From: Bdellovibrionales bacterium | Lineage (GTDB): Bacteria > Bdellovibrionota > Bdellovibrionia > Bdellovibrionales > UBA1609 | Length of the DNA: 64,000 nt | Reading direction: 5' to 3' | Assembly: GCA_965200875.1 (NCBI GenBank) | Contig: OZ241456.1 | Location: 992,001-1,056,000 of the forward strand | Shown here: piece by piece, positions 27,352-37,792 of the stretch | How the letters are laid out: each line of letters opens with the position of its first letter | Numbering within the stretch: position 1 is the first letter of the stretch | Notes under the pieces: model-generated | What the model was told of the DNA's origin: nothing | Databases searched by the model: none | What the model saw: only the letters and a program-made list of their open reading frames with translations | Program-made: the position numbers and the translations under genes

Positions 27352-28251
27352 ATGGAAAATTTGAATATTTCTGATGAAAAAATCGTATGCCGATTTAAAA
27401 AAAAGAAAAAACCACTTACAGTTGGAGATGTATTTGAACTGCATTGTGAGTGGCCACTTTCCATTTTATTGTCTTCCCCGGTTCATATTGAGTTTAATCA
27501 AACATCAGCCGAGGAAAATCAAAATGTAGGAGGTCACACAAAGGAACAAAGTTTACCAGGGCCTTATTCTCTCGTTATATTGGAGACCACTAATATCTAT
27601 CCAGGAAAAGGAGCATTTAAGGTTACAAGCTATAAGCCGGGTGATTATAATACGGAATTTACTCTTGTCAGTGATCAGGGAATAGCTAGGGTAAAACAGC
27701 TTTCTTGGAAAGTGGAGTCGGTTATTCCCCCGGAAAGAAAAGAAACTATAAAACCATATCCTCCTTATGGTCCCTGGAAAGAGGTTTTACCTTTTTGGCA
27801 TTGGCCTTTAAGTGTAGCTGTTTTATTGAGTTTGTTGGTATTTATTTTCTTTAAAACACGATTGTATATTAAACGAAAAAAAAAGATACAGGAAGTGAAT
27901 AACAGATTAAAAAACAAAACTTCTTTTCGGGAGTTTGTCAGTCAGCTGAATTTATTGGTTAGACATGTAAACAGTGAGGAAAACAAAGGCATTATACAAG
28001 AGTTGGATACACATTTTCGTTTGTTTTTGGAAAATGAGTTTTTTATTTTTGCTTTAAACACAGAACCAAAAATAATTGTCGCACAGTTAAAAAAGTATTA
28101 CCCATCTATTTGTGATAAGTGTGACATTTTAGGTTTTTTTAAAGAAATGGAAAAACTTGCCGGGGAAAAAACAGGCAGTAAGGAATATGAACAAATTTTG
28201 GATATGGCCCGGGAGTTGGCTATCTCCTGCGTAGAGCAGGTGCAACAGTAA
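27352..28251 (+). CDS. Membrane protein of the Bat operon (hypothetical)
   Basis: Single TM segment; lies between DUF58 and BatA. Confidence 0.65.
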   Translation: MENLNISDEKIVCRFKKKKKPLTVGDVFELHCEWPLSILLSSPVHIEFNQTSAEENQNVGGHTKEQSLPGPYSLVILETTNIYPGKGAFKVTSYKPGDYNTEFTLVSDQGIARVKQLSWKVESVIPPERKETIKPYPPYGPWKEVLPFWHWPLSVAVLLSLLVFIFFKTRLYIKRKKKIQEVNNRLKNKTSFREFVSQLNLLVRHVNSEENKGIIQELDTHFRLFLENEFFIFALNTEPKIIVAQLKKYYPSICDKCDILGFFKEMEKLAGEKTGSKEYEQILDMARELAISCVEQVQQ

Positions 28252-28262
28252 AGGTTTTTTTA

Positions 28263-29276
28263 ATGTATTGGAGTTTTCCTGAAGCTTTTTGGTTGTTTAT
28301 TCCTTATTCCATATTGTTTTTGCATTATTTTTTCGGTGGTAGAAAAAGAACAAGAGCTTTTCGTGTAAGTATTTTAAGTGAATTAAAACTCAGTAAAACT
28401 CTGAGAGCACAACTCAGTAAACTGCCAGCCCTCTTTCAATTTTTAAGTTTGTTTGTATTGATTTTGGCTTTGGCTCGCCCTCAAACAATAGACACTCATG
28501 TCAACCGTAGCGCAGAGGGGATAGATATTGTTATTGTATTGGACACTTCAGACTCCATGCTGATAGAGGATATGTCTCCAGGAAATAGAATTAATTCAGC
28601 CAAAACAGTAATTAAGAATTTTATCAAGGAGCTTGTATATGATCGTGTTGGTTTAGTTGTTTTTTCAGGAGAATCTTACACGAAGATTCCTTTAACTTTG
28701 GACTATGGGGTATTGCTGAAAGGATTGGATGAAGTACGGGTGAGTCATTACAACCCCTATATTAAATCTGGAACGGCTATAGGAGTAGCTTTGGCTAATG
28801 CTGTGGTCAGATTAAGGGAGTCGTCGGCCAAGAGTAAAGTGATTATTTTTTTGACCGATGGAGAAGATAATGTGGGAATAATCAGTCCGCAAACAGCTTT
28901 AGGTATAGTCAAGCAATATGCCATTACGGTTTATACAATTGGTGTGGGAGGACAGGCTGGAAAGGCTTTAATCCCCCGGGAAATTAAGGATCACAGAGGA
29001 AGAAAGAAAACTGTTTATCAGAGGATTAAAACGCAGATAAATGAAAAGTTGTTGAAAAAAATTGCTATAGAAACCGGAGGACAGTATTTTAGAGCCAATA
29101 ATTCATCAGCGTTGGAAGTTATTTTTTCGGAAATAAGTAAATTGGAAAAAAGCACCGTGGAAATGGTGGAGTGGAAAAAATATGAAGATCTGTTTTCGGG
29201 TTTTCTGGAGAAAGCCCTGATATTGTATTTTTTATCTCTCTTGCTTTCTTTATTTGTTTTTTGGAAAGTGGTTTAA
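28263..29276 (+). CDS. BatA-like VWA-domain protein
   Basis: LALARPQ, DTSDSM (MIDAS), DRVGLVVF, GTAIG, LTDGEDN. Confidence 0.9.
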   Translation: MYWSFPEAFWLFIPYSILFLHYFFGGRKRTRAFRVSILSELKLSKTLRAQLSKLPALFQFLSLFVLILALARPQTIDTHVNRSAEGIDIVIVLDTSDSMLIEDMSPGNRINSAKTVIKNFIKELVYDRVGLVVFSGESYTKIPLTLDYGVLLKGLDEVRVSHYNPYIKSGTAIGVALANAVVRLRESSAKSKVIIFLTDGEDNVGIISPQTALGIVKQYAITVYTIGVGGQAGKALIPREIKDHRGRKKTVYQRIKTQINEKLLKKIAIETGGQYFRANNSSALEVIFSEISKLEKSTVEMVEWKKYEDLFSGFLEKALILYFLSLLLSLFVFWKVV

Positions 29277-29312
29277 TAAACAATATTGTTACTAAAGAAG
29301 GATTATTTAAAA

Positions 29313-30371
29313 ATGATGTTTGCTCATCCTGAATACTTATATTTGCTGATTTTTATACCAATACTATTTATTTTTTTTAGTTTACGTTTAAAAAGCAGTG
29401 AAAGACTATTGCGAGCTTATATTGAAGATTCTTGTTTAAAAGCCACAGTTGGTTCTGGTTTTTATAGCAAGCGCGTTTTTAGGTACTTTTTCACATTGAT
29501 AGCTCTTTCGTTTTTAATTTTGGCTTTAGCTCGTCCTCAATCTCAGCAGAAAAAACAGGATGTGAGGATAAAGGGAGCGGAAATTATGATTTTGACTGAT
29601 GTTTCAAACAGTATGTTGGCAAGAGATATGGGTGGTTTTAGCCGGCTTGATGTGATGAAAAAAGAACTGGACAAACTTATTGTAATGCTTTCGGGACAGA
29701 GGGTAGGGTTAATCTCCTTTTCTGGTACGGCAACTTTGGTGTCTCCTTTGACTTTGGACCATTCCGCTTTAAAACTGTTTTTGAAATCTCTATCCCCTCA
29801 GTCACATATTATTCAAGGAACAGATTTTGTTAGCGCGTTTCGATCAGCCGAACAGGCGTTTCAAAGAGGGAGTGCTTTGGAACCGGATTCTTCCTCCAGA
29901 ATCATTATTTTGGCTTCCGATGGAGAGGATAATCAAAAGAAAACTCTCGAAATGGTAAAACATTTGGCCGATCGAAAAATTCGTGTATTTACTTTGGGTT
30001 TTGGAACCCAAAAAGGAGACATGATACCGGTTTATGATAAGAAGAGAAACAAAATAGGTTATAAAAAAGATCGAAAAGGGGATGTTGTTATTTCTCGGTT
30101 TGATGAGAAAAGTTTGAAAAAAATTTCTCATATAACTGATGGAGCATTTTATTCCATGTCTCTTGGGAGGGGTACTATAAAAAAAGTGTACTCTGATATT
30201 CAAAAAATAGGAGAAGGTACTATTTCCACTTATTCTCAAAATGTATATAAAGAATGGTACCAATACTTCGCTTTATCAGCTTTCTTTTTTGGCATTTTGT
30301 ATTTTCTCATTGAGGAAAAAAGAAAAAGCCCTTTGAAAGAATGGCACAGTTATCTGGAGAAAAAACCATGA
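29313..30371 (+). CDS. BatB-like VWA-domain protein
   Basis: LALARPQ, DVSNSMLARD, PLTLD, SDGED. Confidence 0.88.
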   Translation: MMFAHPEYLYLLIFIPILFIFFSLRLKSSERLLRAYIEDSCLKATVGSGFYSKRVFRYFFTLIALSFLILALARPQSQQKKQDVRIKGAEIMILTDVSNSMLARDMGGFSRLDVMKKELDKLIVMLSGQRVGLISFSGTATLVSPLTLDHSALKLFLKSLSPQSHIIQGTDFVSAFRSAEQAFQRGSALEPDSSSRIIILASDGEDNQKKTLEMVKHLADRKIRVFTLGFGTQKGDMIPVYDKKRNKIGYKKDRKGDVVISRFDEKSLKKISHITDGAFYSMSLGRGTIKKVYSDIQKIGEGTISTYSQNVYKEWYQYFALSAFFFGILYFLIEEKRKSPLKEWHSYLEKKP

Positions 30372-31423
30372 GACCAAAAATAAGGCTATTTTCCCGTGTT
30401 GATTGGTTCTTTGTGATTAGCATTGTCATTATGCTTACGGTTTTATTTTCTGTTCCTTTTTGGAATATAAATAATAGAGCACTTTTCCAGATGACTCAAA
30501 AAAAATATGAAAAAGCAGAAAATAGCTGGCGCAAAGCCTTGGGGAAACAACCATTTTCTCCTTTATACCGCATGAATTTAGCTTTTAATTATATGTTGTG
30601 GGAAAACCCGGAAAAGGCTATTCAGGAATATACTTTTACAAGAAAGTTAATGAGTACTAAAAACTTCTCCTACAGGATAAAGGAGGATGAGAAGAGTAAA
30701 CAGAAGAGAATATTTTTGTCCGGTAATGGCTTTTCTAATTCCAATTTAAAAGAAAAAACTTTTTTTAATTCTGCCATAAGTGCTGTTACAACCGGAAACA
30801 TTGACAAAGCTTTGAATTTTTATCAACAGGCTTTATATTTGAATCCAGAATCCCTGAAAACAAAAACAAATATCGAGCTTTTAATAACATCCAACCTTTC
30901 GAAGAATGAAAACGCAGATAGGAAGGAAGAGAAAAAAGACAAATCAGAAGGTGCAGAACAAAAGCCGGAGAATCAGGATAACCAAAACGAAAAAGGGGAG
31001 TCAGAAGAGAATAATAACAAACAAAAGGAGAGTAAAGAGAGCGAACAGCAGGAACAAAATCAAGATCATCAGGGAGAGAGAGAAGAAGAGCAAAAGAAAC
31101 GAAACCAAAGCCAGCAGGAACAGCAGGAGCAAAACCAAGGTCATCAGGGAGAAAGAGAAGAAGAGCAAAAGAAACGAAACCAAAGCTCGCAGAATGGGGG
31201 AGAGCAAGGGAATCAGGAAAAAGCGGAACATAAAGGAAATCCCTTCAATAAAAATTCAAAAAGAGAGTATGGAAACTTTAAGGCTGGCAATCGAAGTAAC
31301 CAGAAATTGAATCAAAAGCAAACGGAAGTTATTTTAAAAGCTATTTTGGAGCAGGAAAAAAATATAAGAGAGCGTCAGCAACGGGAAAGAAAACGGCATC
31401 CAGTGGTTGAAAAAGATTGGTAG
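30368..31423 (+). CDS. BatC-like TPR protein with Q/E/K-rich linker
   Basis: TPR-like helices (KALNFYQQALYLNP), low-complexity linker with an internal duplication, C-terminal EKDW. Confidence 0.82.
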   Translation: MRPKIRLFSRVDWFFVISIVIMLTVLFSVPFWNINNRALFQMTQKKYEKAENSWRKALGKQPFSPLYRMNLAFNYMLWENPEKAIQEYTFTRKLMSTKNFSYRIKEDEKSKQKRIFLSGNGFSNSNLKEKTFFNSAISAVTTGNIDKALNFYQQALYLNPESLKTKTNIELLITSNLSKNENADRKEEKKDKSEGAEQKPENQDNQNEKGESEENNNKQKESKESEQQEQNQDHQGEREEEQKKRNQSQQEQQEQNQGHQGEREEEQKKRNQSSQNGGEQGNQEKAEHKGNPFNKNSKREYGNFKAGNRSNQKLNQKQTEVILKAILEQEKNIRERQQRERKRHPVVEKDW

Positions 31424-31430
31424 TGCTTAT

Positions 31431-33347
31431 ATGTCTTGGAGATATCTGTTGAAAAATATAAGATTCGTATTAGTTCTTTTTTTTATGAGTTCGCTTTCTG
31501 TATCCTCTTTGGCAGAGACAAAGGTAAGAGCTTATATTAAACCTCGTGTAGTAGCTCCTCAGTCTTCTTTCACTTTAACTTTAGAAATAGAATATGAATC
31601 CGCTCAAAATATACAGCCTCCTCGTTTACCTCGATTGAACAATTTTTATTTGATCCACCAAACCAGTGGCAGTAGTCTTTCAATTATAGATGGAGATATT
31701 ACAAGAAAAAAATTTTATTATTACACATTAAAATCTGGTAAAGAGGGAAAATTTAAAATTGGTTCTATAGAGGTTATAGTGGATGGAAAAGTATTCACAA
31801 CCCCTCCCTTGGAGGTGGAAGTTTCTTCTAAAGTGAAACCTCGCGGACATTCCAGCCCGTTTTCGTCACCTTTTGGCAATATGAAACGTTTTATACATCC
31901 CGGCTTATTTGGTGATGAGGATATACAGGGTGTGCCCCCTTCTCAAGGGGTTGTTAGAGAAGAGGATGTTATTTTTCAGCTGGAAGTGAAGAAAGATACT
32001 GTATATTTGGGAGAAATGGTTATCGCTGAATGGTTTATTTATGTACCTGGTGATCATACCAAAAATATAAACATTACCAAATTGGACTACGCGAAATTGA
32101 ATGATTTTTTGGTGGAGTCCATTACCGCTCCAGGAGAACCTCCTTCTGTTTCTCCTCAGTCAGTGGATATGAATGGAAAAAGATATTGGAAAAAACTAGT
32201 TATTTCTTCTGCTTTGTTTCCCATTCGGGAAGGCACTTTGATTATAGATCCTGTGAAAATAAGCAGTGTTATTATTGGTGGTTTCTTTTTTGGACGACTT
32301 TCAAAAACCCTGTCTCATATTAAACCCATGTCTCACATTAGTGATGAAAAACAAATAAAAGTTTTGCCTTTGCCAAAGGATGGAAAGGGGGATTTGTTCA
32401 CGGAAGCTGTTGGGGACTTCAGTGTTTCAGCCAATATAAACAAGAAAGTGGTTTCTGTTCGGGAGCCAGTAATCTATAAAGTGAATTTTAAAGGTACGGG
32501 TCACCCCGGATTGATTCGTTTGCCGGATTTAAGTTTTGGAGACTCATTTGAAATTTATGATACAACAGAATCCCAAAAGTTTTCATTTTCGGAAAGCGTG
32601 AAAAACTTTGAAGTGATTTTGATTCCCAAAAAAACAGGTGATCTTGTCATTCCTGCATTTGAATTAAGCTCTTTTGATCCTCATTTGGGAATTTATAAAA
32701 CACATATTTTGCCTTCTTTTAAGTTGAAAGTTGCAGGGGTGGATGTGCCTGGTAGTTCTGTGGATAATAGTGCCATTTACTTTGATTCCAAAACAAAAAA
32801 GAGGTTTGAAAAAACAGAACAAAATTTTGACGAAAGCAAGAGTAAAAATAATATACAAATAGCTCCGTTGGCTTTGGAGCAAAACTCCCAATTTTTAAAG
32901 TACAGGAAAGTATTTTGGCAGTTTGTTTACGGGTTGCTTTTTTTGTTTTTTGTTTTAAGTTTGGTAAAGTTTTTTTTCTTTCAAGAAGATAAAACCTCTT
33001 TAAAAAAACGATTAACAGCAAATTTAAAAAAAGTGGAACAGGCTATAAAAGAGGCAAACTGGAAAAAGTCGGGAATAGAGTTGAACCAATTAATGTATTT
33101 TTTCTTCTCTGAATTGTCCGGGCAGGAAAAAACCGCTAAAAACTGGGATATACTGCTGAAAAACATCAATCCCAGTATCAGAGTTAAGTATGAACTGAAA
33201 ATAAAAGCTTTGGTGTCTCGTGCGGAACAGCTGAGCTTTGCCTCTTTTGAAACTGCTAAAACTCTCAGAAACAGGAAAAATGTGGAAGATTTAAAAAAAG
33301 AAATTATGGATTTGATTCAGGAAATATCCACAGAATATGTTTTATAG
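31431..33347 (+). CDS. BatD-family protein
   Basis: Signal peptide, Ig-like beta-rich domains (VLPLP, AVGDF, SFDP), C-terminal TM; operon position. Confidence 0.85.
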   Translation: MSWRYLLKNIRFVLVLFFMSSLSVSSLAETKVRAYIKPRVVAPQSSFTLTLEIEYESAQNIQPPRLPRLNNFYLIHQTSGSSLSIIDGDITRKKFYYYTLKSGKEGKFKIGSIEVIVDGKVFTTPPLEVEVSSKVKPRGHSSPFSSPFGNMKRFIHPGLFGDEDIQGVPPSQGVVREEDVIFQLEVKKDTVYLGEMVIAEWFIYVPGDHTKNINITKLDYAKLNDFLVESITAPGEPPSVSPQSVDMNGKRYWKKLVISSALFPIREGTLIIDPVKISSVIIGGFFFGRLSKTLSHIKPMSHISDEKQIKVLPLPKDGKGDLFTEAVGDFSVSANINKKVVSVREPVIYKVNFKGTGHPGLIRLPDLSFGDSFEIYDTTESQKFSFSESVKNFEVILIPKKTGDLVIPAFELSSFDPHLGIYKTHILPSFKLKVAGVDVPGSSVDNSAIYFDSKTKKRFEKTEQNFDESKSKNNIQIAPLALEQNSQFLKYRKVFWQFVYGLLFLFFVLSLVKFFFFQEDKTSLKKRLTANLKKVEQAIKEANWKKSGIELNQLMYFFFSELSGQEKTAKNWDILLKNINPSIRVKYELKIKALVSRAEQLSFASFETAKTLRNRKNVEDLKKEIMDLIQEISTEYVL

Positions 33348-33654
33348 CTTTTTTGCACAGTATCAAGACTTATATCTGTTAAGATATAAAAAAATGTGCA
33401 TTTGGTGGGTAATATTGTGTGTAAGCTCATAATATAGAAGATTTTTTTATTTTTTTTGTTCACAGGATTTTATTTTTTTTGTTAGGCTTTATATAGTAGC
33501 CTCTGAAACAGTATGTTCAATTACAGATGTCACTTTGTGCCTTGGGCAAACACACTTAAGGAAATTGAGTTTGAAATTTGTTGAATTTTAAATAAAAGTG
33601 TTATGAAAATAAAGAATAATTTGAAAAAGGCTTAAATTTGGGAAGGTGTTTATT

Positions 33655-35148
33655 ATGAAAATAAGTATTATTTTGTCTGTTTTTTTTATTTTGGTATCTT
33701 GTCAGTCTTTTAAAAGATCTGCTTTTAATCCACCTGTGCAGGAAAATTTGCCTGTGCATCATATTTCAAAAAAAGAGGAATCTTCTCAAAAGGTTAAAGA
33801 GCACTTAAGCAAGCCTTATGTGAGTTCTCATGGTGAAATTGAAATGCCTGATCATTCACAAGTGGATAAGTGGATTCATTATTTCCAGACAAGAGGGCGG
33901 GAGCGGATGGAGATTTATTTAAGCAGGTCTTCCCGTTATGTGTCCATGATGAAAAATGTATTAAGAGAATACAATCTGCCTGAAGATCTTGTGTATGTGG
34001 CGATGATTGAGTCAGGCTTTAGTCCTAAAGCACACAGTTTCGCTAATGCTGTAGGGTATTGGCAGTTTATTGAAGATACAGGAAGAAGGTACGGGTTGAA
34101 GGTGAATAGCTATGTGGATGAGAGGCGTGATCCAGTACTTTCTACGCGCGCCGCGGCAGAGTATTTTAAGGATTTGTATAACGCTTTTGAATCCTGGCAC
34201 TTGGCTTTGGCTTCTTATAATGCGGGTGAATATAGAATAAGTCGCGTGGTGATTCAAAATTATACAAGAGATTTTTGGAAATTAAGCGAGCAAAGAGTTT
34301 TACCAAGGGAAACTGCGAATTATGTTCCAAAATTTATCGCAGCTGTTCGCATAAGCAAAGAACCCACAAAATATGGTTTTGGCAATGTGGAATATCAAGC
34401 GCCTCTCGAATATGATACAATCAAACTACACTATCCGGTAAGTCTGAAAAAAATGGCTTTAAAGTTGGGAGTTTCTTATGAGGAAATTCAAGGTCTGAAC
34501 CCTCGTTACCGTGGTGAATATGTGCCTATTGAAGAAGAAACTGTAGTGCGTATTCCTGTTGGCAAACAGCCATTTACTCTCTCTGTTTTGGAACAGTGTC
34601 GCATGAATAAACCTGCGTTTGTCTATTCCAATCATTATTGGTACCGTGTTCGTCGGGGAGATACCCTTTATCGTTTGGCGCGCCGAAACAGAACCACTGT
34701 CTCCACTATCAGGAGATTAAATAGAATGAGACCTCGCACAATTTTGCGTGCAGGGCGAAAAATTAAATTGCCTTATTACAGTAGAACAAAAAAAAGAAGA
34801 AGAGTGTACAACTTAGCTAGTGTTCATGTAGTAAAAAAGGGGGAAAACCTCAACTCTATCTCTAAAAGATACAGGCTCAAATTGAGTAAGCTAAAAGAAA
34901 TAAATAGTCTACGTTCCTCTTCTGTCATTCATCCAGGACAAGTGTTAAAATTGATAGACAGTCAGGAGCGAAAACCAGCGAGTTCTTCTAATAAGACTTC
35001 ACAAAAAATTCATATGGTCAAAAAAGGGGAAACACTGATTGGAATAGCTAGGAAATATAATGTCTCTCTTCCGCTATTAATGGAAAAAAATGAGCTTAAT
35101 TTTAAATCCATTCTTATTGCAGGAAGAAGAATCGTTATTCCGAATTAG
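33655..35148 (+). CDS. mltD: Membrane-bound lytic murein transglycosylase D-like lipoprotein with 3 LysM domains
   Basis: LVSC lipobox, AMIESGF, AVGYWQFI, VDERRDP, ASYNAGE, ETANYVPKF; LysM repeats. Confidence 0.88.
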   Translation: MKISIILSVFFILVSCQSFKRSAFNPPVQENLPVHHISKKEESSQKVKEHLSKPYVSSHGEIEMPDHSQVDKWIHYFQTRGRERMEIYLSRSSRYVSMMKNVLREYNLPEDLVYVAMIESGFSPKAHSFANAVGYWQFIEDTGRRYGLKVNSYVDERRDPVLSTRAAAEYFKDLYNAFESWHLALASYNAGEYRISRVVIQNYTRDFWKLSEQRVLPRETANYVPKFIAAVRISKEPTKYGFGNVEYQAPLEYDTIKLHYPVSLKKMALKLGVSYEEIQGLNPRYRGEYVPIEEETVVRIPVGKQPFTLSVLEQCRMNKPAFVYSNHYWYRVRRGDTLYRLARRNRTTVSTIRRLNRMRPRTILRAGRKIKLPYYSRTKKRRRVYNLASVHVVKKGENLNSISKRYRLKLSKLKEINSLRSSSVIHPGQVLKLIDSQERKPASSSNKTSQKIHMVKKGETLIGIARKYNVSLPLLMEKNELNFKSILIAGRRIVIPN

Positions 35149-35228
35149 CTGATTCTCTGAATAAATGTCTTGTTTCCACTGTCGTCTGAAACTTCAAATT
35201 TGAAGTTTTAATTTTTAATGAGGCCATA

Positions 35229-35777
35229 ATGAAGGTTTTTTATCTGTTTTTTCTGGTGTTTTTTTTGATAAACTGTAGTCCTCCTACAGGTTTGATAGGG
35301 GTATGGGAGGTGGAGCATCAGGAATGCTTGTTTAAGGACAATGCTGGTATATTTAAGAATATTTTTAAGGAAGAAGAAAAGTATATTTTGGACTTTAACA
35401 GTGACAACCAAGTTAAATTAACTTACCCGGATTTAGATATTTCTGCAAAATTTGTTTCGAGTGGTGAAAAACAGACGGAAGAAAATAAAAAATTAAAATG
35501 TGATGTGGTTATTGAAGGCTCCTATACTTATCTATTGAGTTCTCTTCGATTCAATTTTATTGATGACGAAACAGGGTCTTATCGGATTCAAAAAGGCGAA
35601 AATTGTGACACGGATTTGACAATGCAGTTCAAATCTCTTCCTTCAGGGTCATTTTATGCTGGAGATGATCCCAAGGCTGTTATAAAAAAATTGGAGACAG
35701 AGCAATTATATCTTGATTTTGATGAATTTCCTAAATGTGAAAATAATAAAATGACGGTAGTTTTTCATAGAAAATAG
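35229..35777 (+). CDS. Putative lipoprotein
   Basis: FFLINC lipobox; GLIGVWE lipocalin-like start. Confidence 0.65.
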   Translation: MKVFYLFFLVFFLINCSPPTGLIGVWEVEHQECLFKDNAGIFKNIFKEEEKYILDFNSDNQVKLTYPDLDISAKFVSSGEKQTEENKKLKCDVVIEGSYTYLLSSLRFNFIDDETGSYRIQKGENCDTDLTMQFKSLPSGSFYAGDDPKAVIKKLETEQLYLDFDEFPKCENNKMTVVFHRK

Positions 35778-35874
35778 GTTTTTATAAAACAAAAAAAGCA
35801 TTTTTGTTTATAAAAATTTTTAAGTTCCACTTGACAAATATGAAAACTACATACACTTTTACTCATTATATGTC

Positions 35875-36017
35875 AGTCGTCCATGAAAAAGCTTGTTTAT
35901 AAAACTGAAAAACTAAGTTGTTGGCTTTTCAGTTCCGTGAAAACGGGAATCTTGCTGAGTTTTAGGGAGATGTTTCATCCTTTTTCCTTAAGCAAATATA
36001 CTTTTTCACGAGCCAAT
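35875..36017. repeat. Degenerate MITE/REP-like element with imperfect terminal inverted repeats
   Basis: Ends TGAAAAAG...CTTTTTCA; internal AAACTGAAA, AAGTTGTTGGCTT and TGAAAACGGGAATC shared with 63508-63653. Confidence 0.65.
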
Positions 36018-36035
36018 AATTAAATGGAGTAATAG

Positions 36036-36989
36036 ATGATATCTGTTGATAAAGTTACTAAAAAATATGGTTCCCGCTCTGCGGTGGAAAATTTAAGTTT
36101 TACGGTTGAAAAAGGGGAAGTAGTGGGCTTTTTAGGACCAAATGGTGCGGGTAAAACCACTACGATGAAAATGATAACCGGCTATATGGTGCCCACTTCA
36201 GGGGAGGTAAAAATTGCCGGGGAAGATATTTTTGAAGATCCTGTTGGAATCAAGAAAAAAATAGGCTATTTGCCAGAAGTTCCTCCTATATATAATGATA
36301 TGTATGTGGAAAAATACCTTTATTATGTGGCTTATCTGAAAGGTTGTTTAAAGCAATCAGTTAAAGAGCAGGTTAACTCCGCTATTGAGAAAGTGGGATT
36401 AACGGAAGTGCGACATCGTCTTATTCACAATCTTTCAAAAGGTTTTAAACAAAGGACTGGCTTGGCACAGGCTTTGATTGGTTCGCCGGAAATATTGATT
36501 TTAGATGAGCCTACTGTGGGTTTGGATCCGAATCAGATTATGGAAATAAGATCTTTAATCACTCAATTAAAAGGAAAACACACTATTATCTTATCCACTC
36601 ATATTTTGTCTGAAGTGCAGGCCACTTGTGATCGTGTTATCATTATTAAAGAGGGAAAAATTATTGCTCAAGAATCTTTGGCTTCTCTAAGGGATAAACA
36701 ATCACAGAGTCGCAGGAAAATAGCTGTGACTGTAAAAAAAGCTTCAGAGGAGCTTGTCGATGAATTGAAAAATCTGAAAGGTATTGAAAATGTAAACTCA
36801 TCTCAAGGTTCTAAGCTTACTTTAATGGTGAGTGCTGGTGCGGGAAGTGACTTAAATGAACAAGTGGCCAAAAAAATCATTGAAAAAAAAGCAGGTTTAA
36901 TTGAAATCAGTGAATCCTTCAGTTTGGAGGATGTATTTTTTGAACTTACTTCGGATAAAAAAAACAACACTGCACAGAAAGAACTATAA
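36036..36989 (+). CDS. ABC transporter ATP-binding protein (GldA-like)
   Basis: GPNGAGKTT, LSKGFKQR, ILDEPTVGLDP, STHIL. Confidence 0.93.
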   Translation: MISVDKVTKKYGSRSAVENLSFTVEKGEVVGFLGPNGAGKTTTMKMITGYMVPTSGEVKIAGEDIFEDPVGIKKKIGYLPEVPPIYNDMYVEKYLYYVAYLKGCLKQSVKEQVNSAIEKVGLTEVRHRLIHNLSKGFKQRTGLAQALIGSPEILILDEPTVGLDPNQIMEIRSLITQLKGKHTIILSTHILSEVQATCDRVIIIKEGKIIAQESLASLRDKQSQSRRKIAVTVKKASEELVDELKNLKGIENVNSSQGSKLTLMVSAGAGSDLNEQVAKKIIEKKAGLIEISESFSLEDVFFELTSDKKNNTAQKEL

Positions 36990-37003
36990 AAGGGAATAAA
37001 AGA

Positions 37004-37792
37004 ATGAGACAATTTATCAATCAATTTAACAAGGATTTTAAACAAATTTTTTTCAGTCCGGTTTTTTTTCTTATGACTGGATTTTGTTGCGTAATATGGA
37101 GTTTTAAGTTTATCAGGGAGTTATTTGAATTTGCAAGTAAAGCTGGTGGAGTGCAATACTTTGATCCATCTGTTATGGCACAAAGAGGTGTCAACATTTA
37201 TGAAACCGTGTTTATGAACCATTTATCTTCAACACATTTATTATTGCTGTTCATTATTCCTGTAATTACTATGAGGTTGATTGCTGAAGAAAAAAAATTA
37301 CGAACTTTTGATCTCCTCTTAACGGCTCCTATTACTTCCACAAAAATTGTTCTTGGCAAATTTTTTGCGGCTTATGCTGTTGCGCTTATCTTGGTTTTTT
37401 TATCTTTTCTGTATCCTTTTGGCACTAGCTGGTTTGCCGAGTTTAATGTTAAGTTATTAATAGGTGGTGGCTATCTTGCCATTGCATTGTTGGCAGGTCT
37501 TTATACAGCTATCGGTTTGTTTAGCTCCGCGCTTACCTCCTCTGTTATGTTAAGTGTTTCTTTAGGTGTTATTTTTATTATTGCTTTGCATTTTCTGGGT
37601 ATAGGTGGATTGCTTTTTGATAACCCGGTTTATTCCGCTATCGCAAATTATCTTTCTGTATTTGAACATTTGAACCCTTTATTTCGTGGAAATATAGTGA
37701 GTAGTAGTATCGTATTCTTTTTTATCGCAATGGCTTTCTTTATATTTATGACACAAAGAGTGGTTGAATCTTATCGATGGAGAGTGAAATGA
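37004..37792 (+). CDS. ABC-2 transporter permease (GldF-like)
   Basis: IPVITMRLIAEEKK..TFDLLLTAP..IVLGKF; multiple TMs. Confidence 0.88.
   Translation: MRQFINQFNKDFKQIFFSPVFFLMTGFCCVIWSFKFIRELFEFASKAGGVQYFDPSVMAQRGVNIYETVFMNHLSSTHLLLLFIIPVITMRLIAEEKKLRTFDLLLTAPITSTKIVLGKFFAAYAVALILVFLSFLYPFGTSWFAEFNVKLLIGGGYLAIALLAGLYTAIGLFSSALTSSVMLSVSLGVIFIIALHFLGIGGLLFDNPVYSAIANYLSVFEHLNPLFRGNIVSSSIVFFFIAMAFFIFMTQRVVESYRWRVK

Noticed and set aside
31043..31187. 75-bp-period duplication in the BatC-like gene
   Set aside because: Ordinary expansion of the Q/E-rich linker typical of this family.
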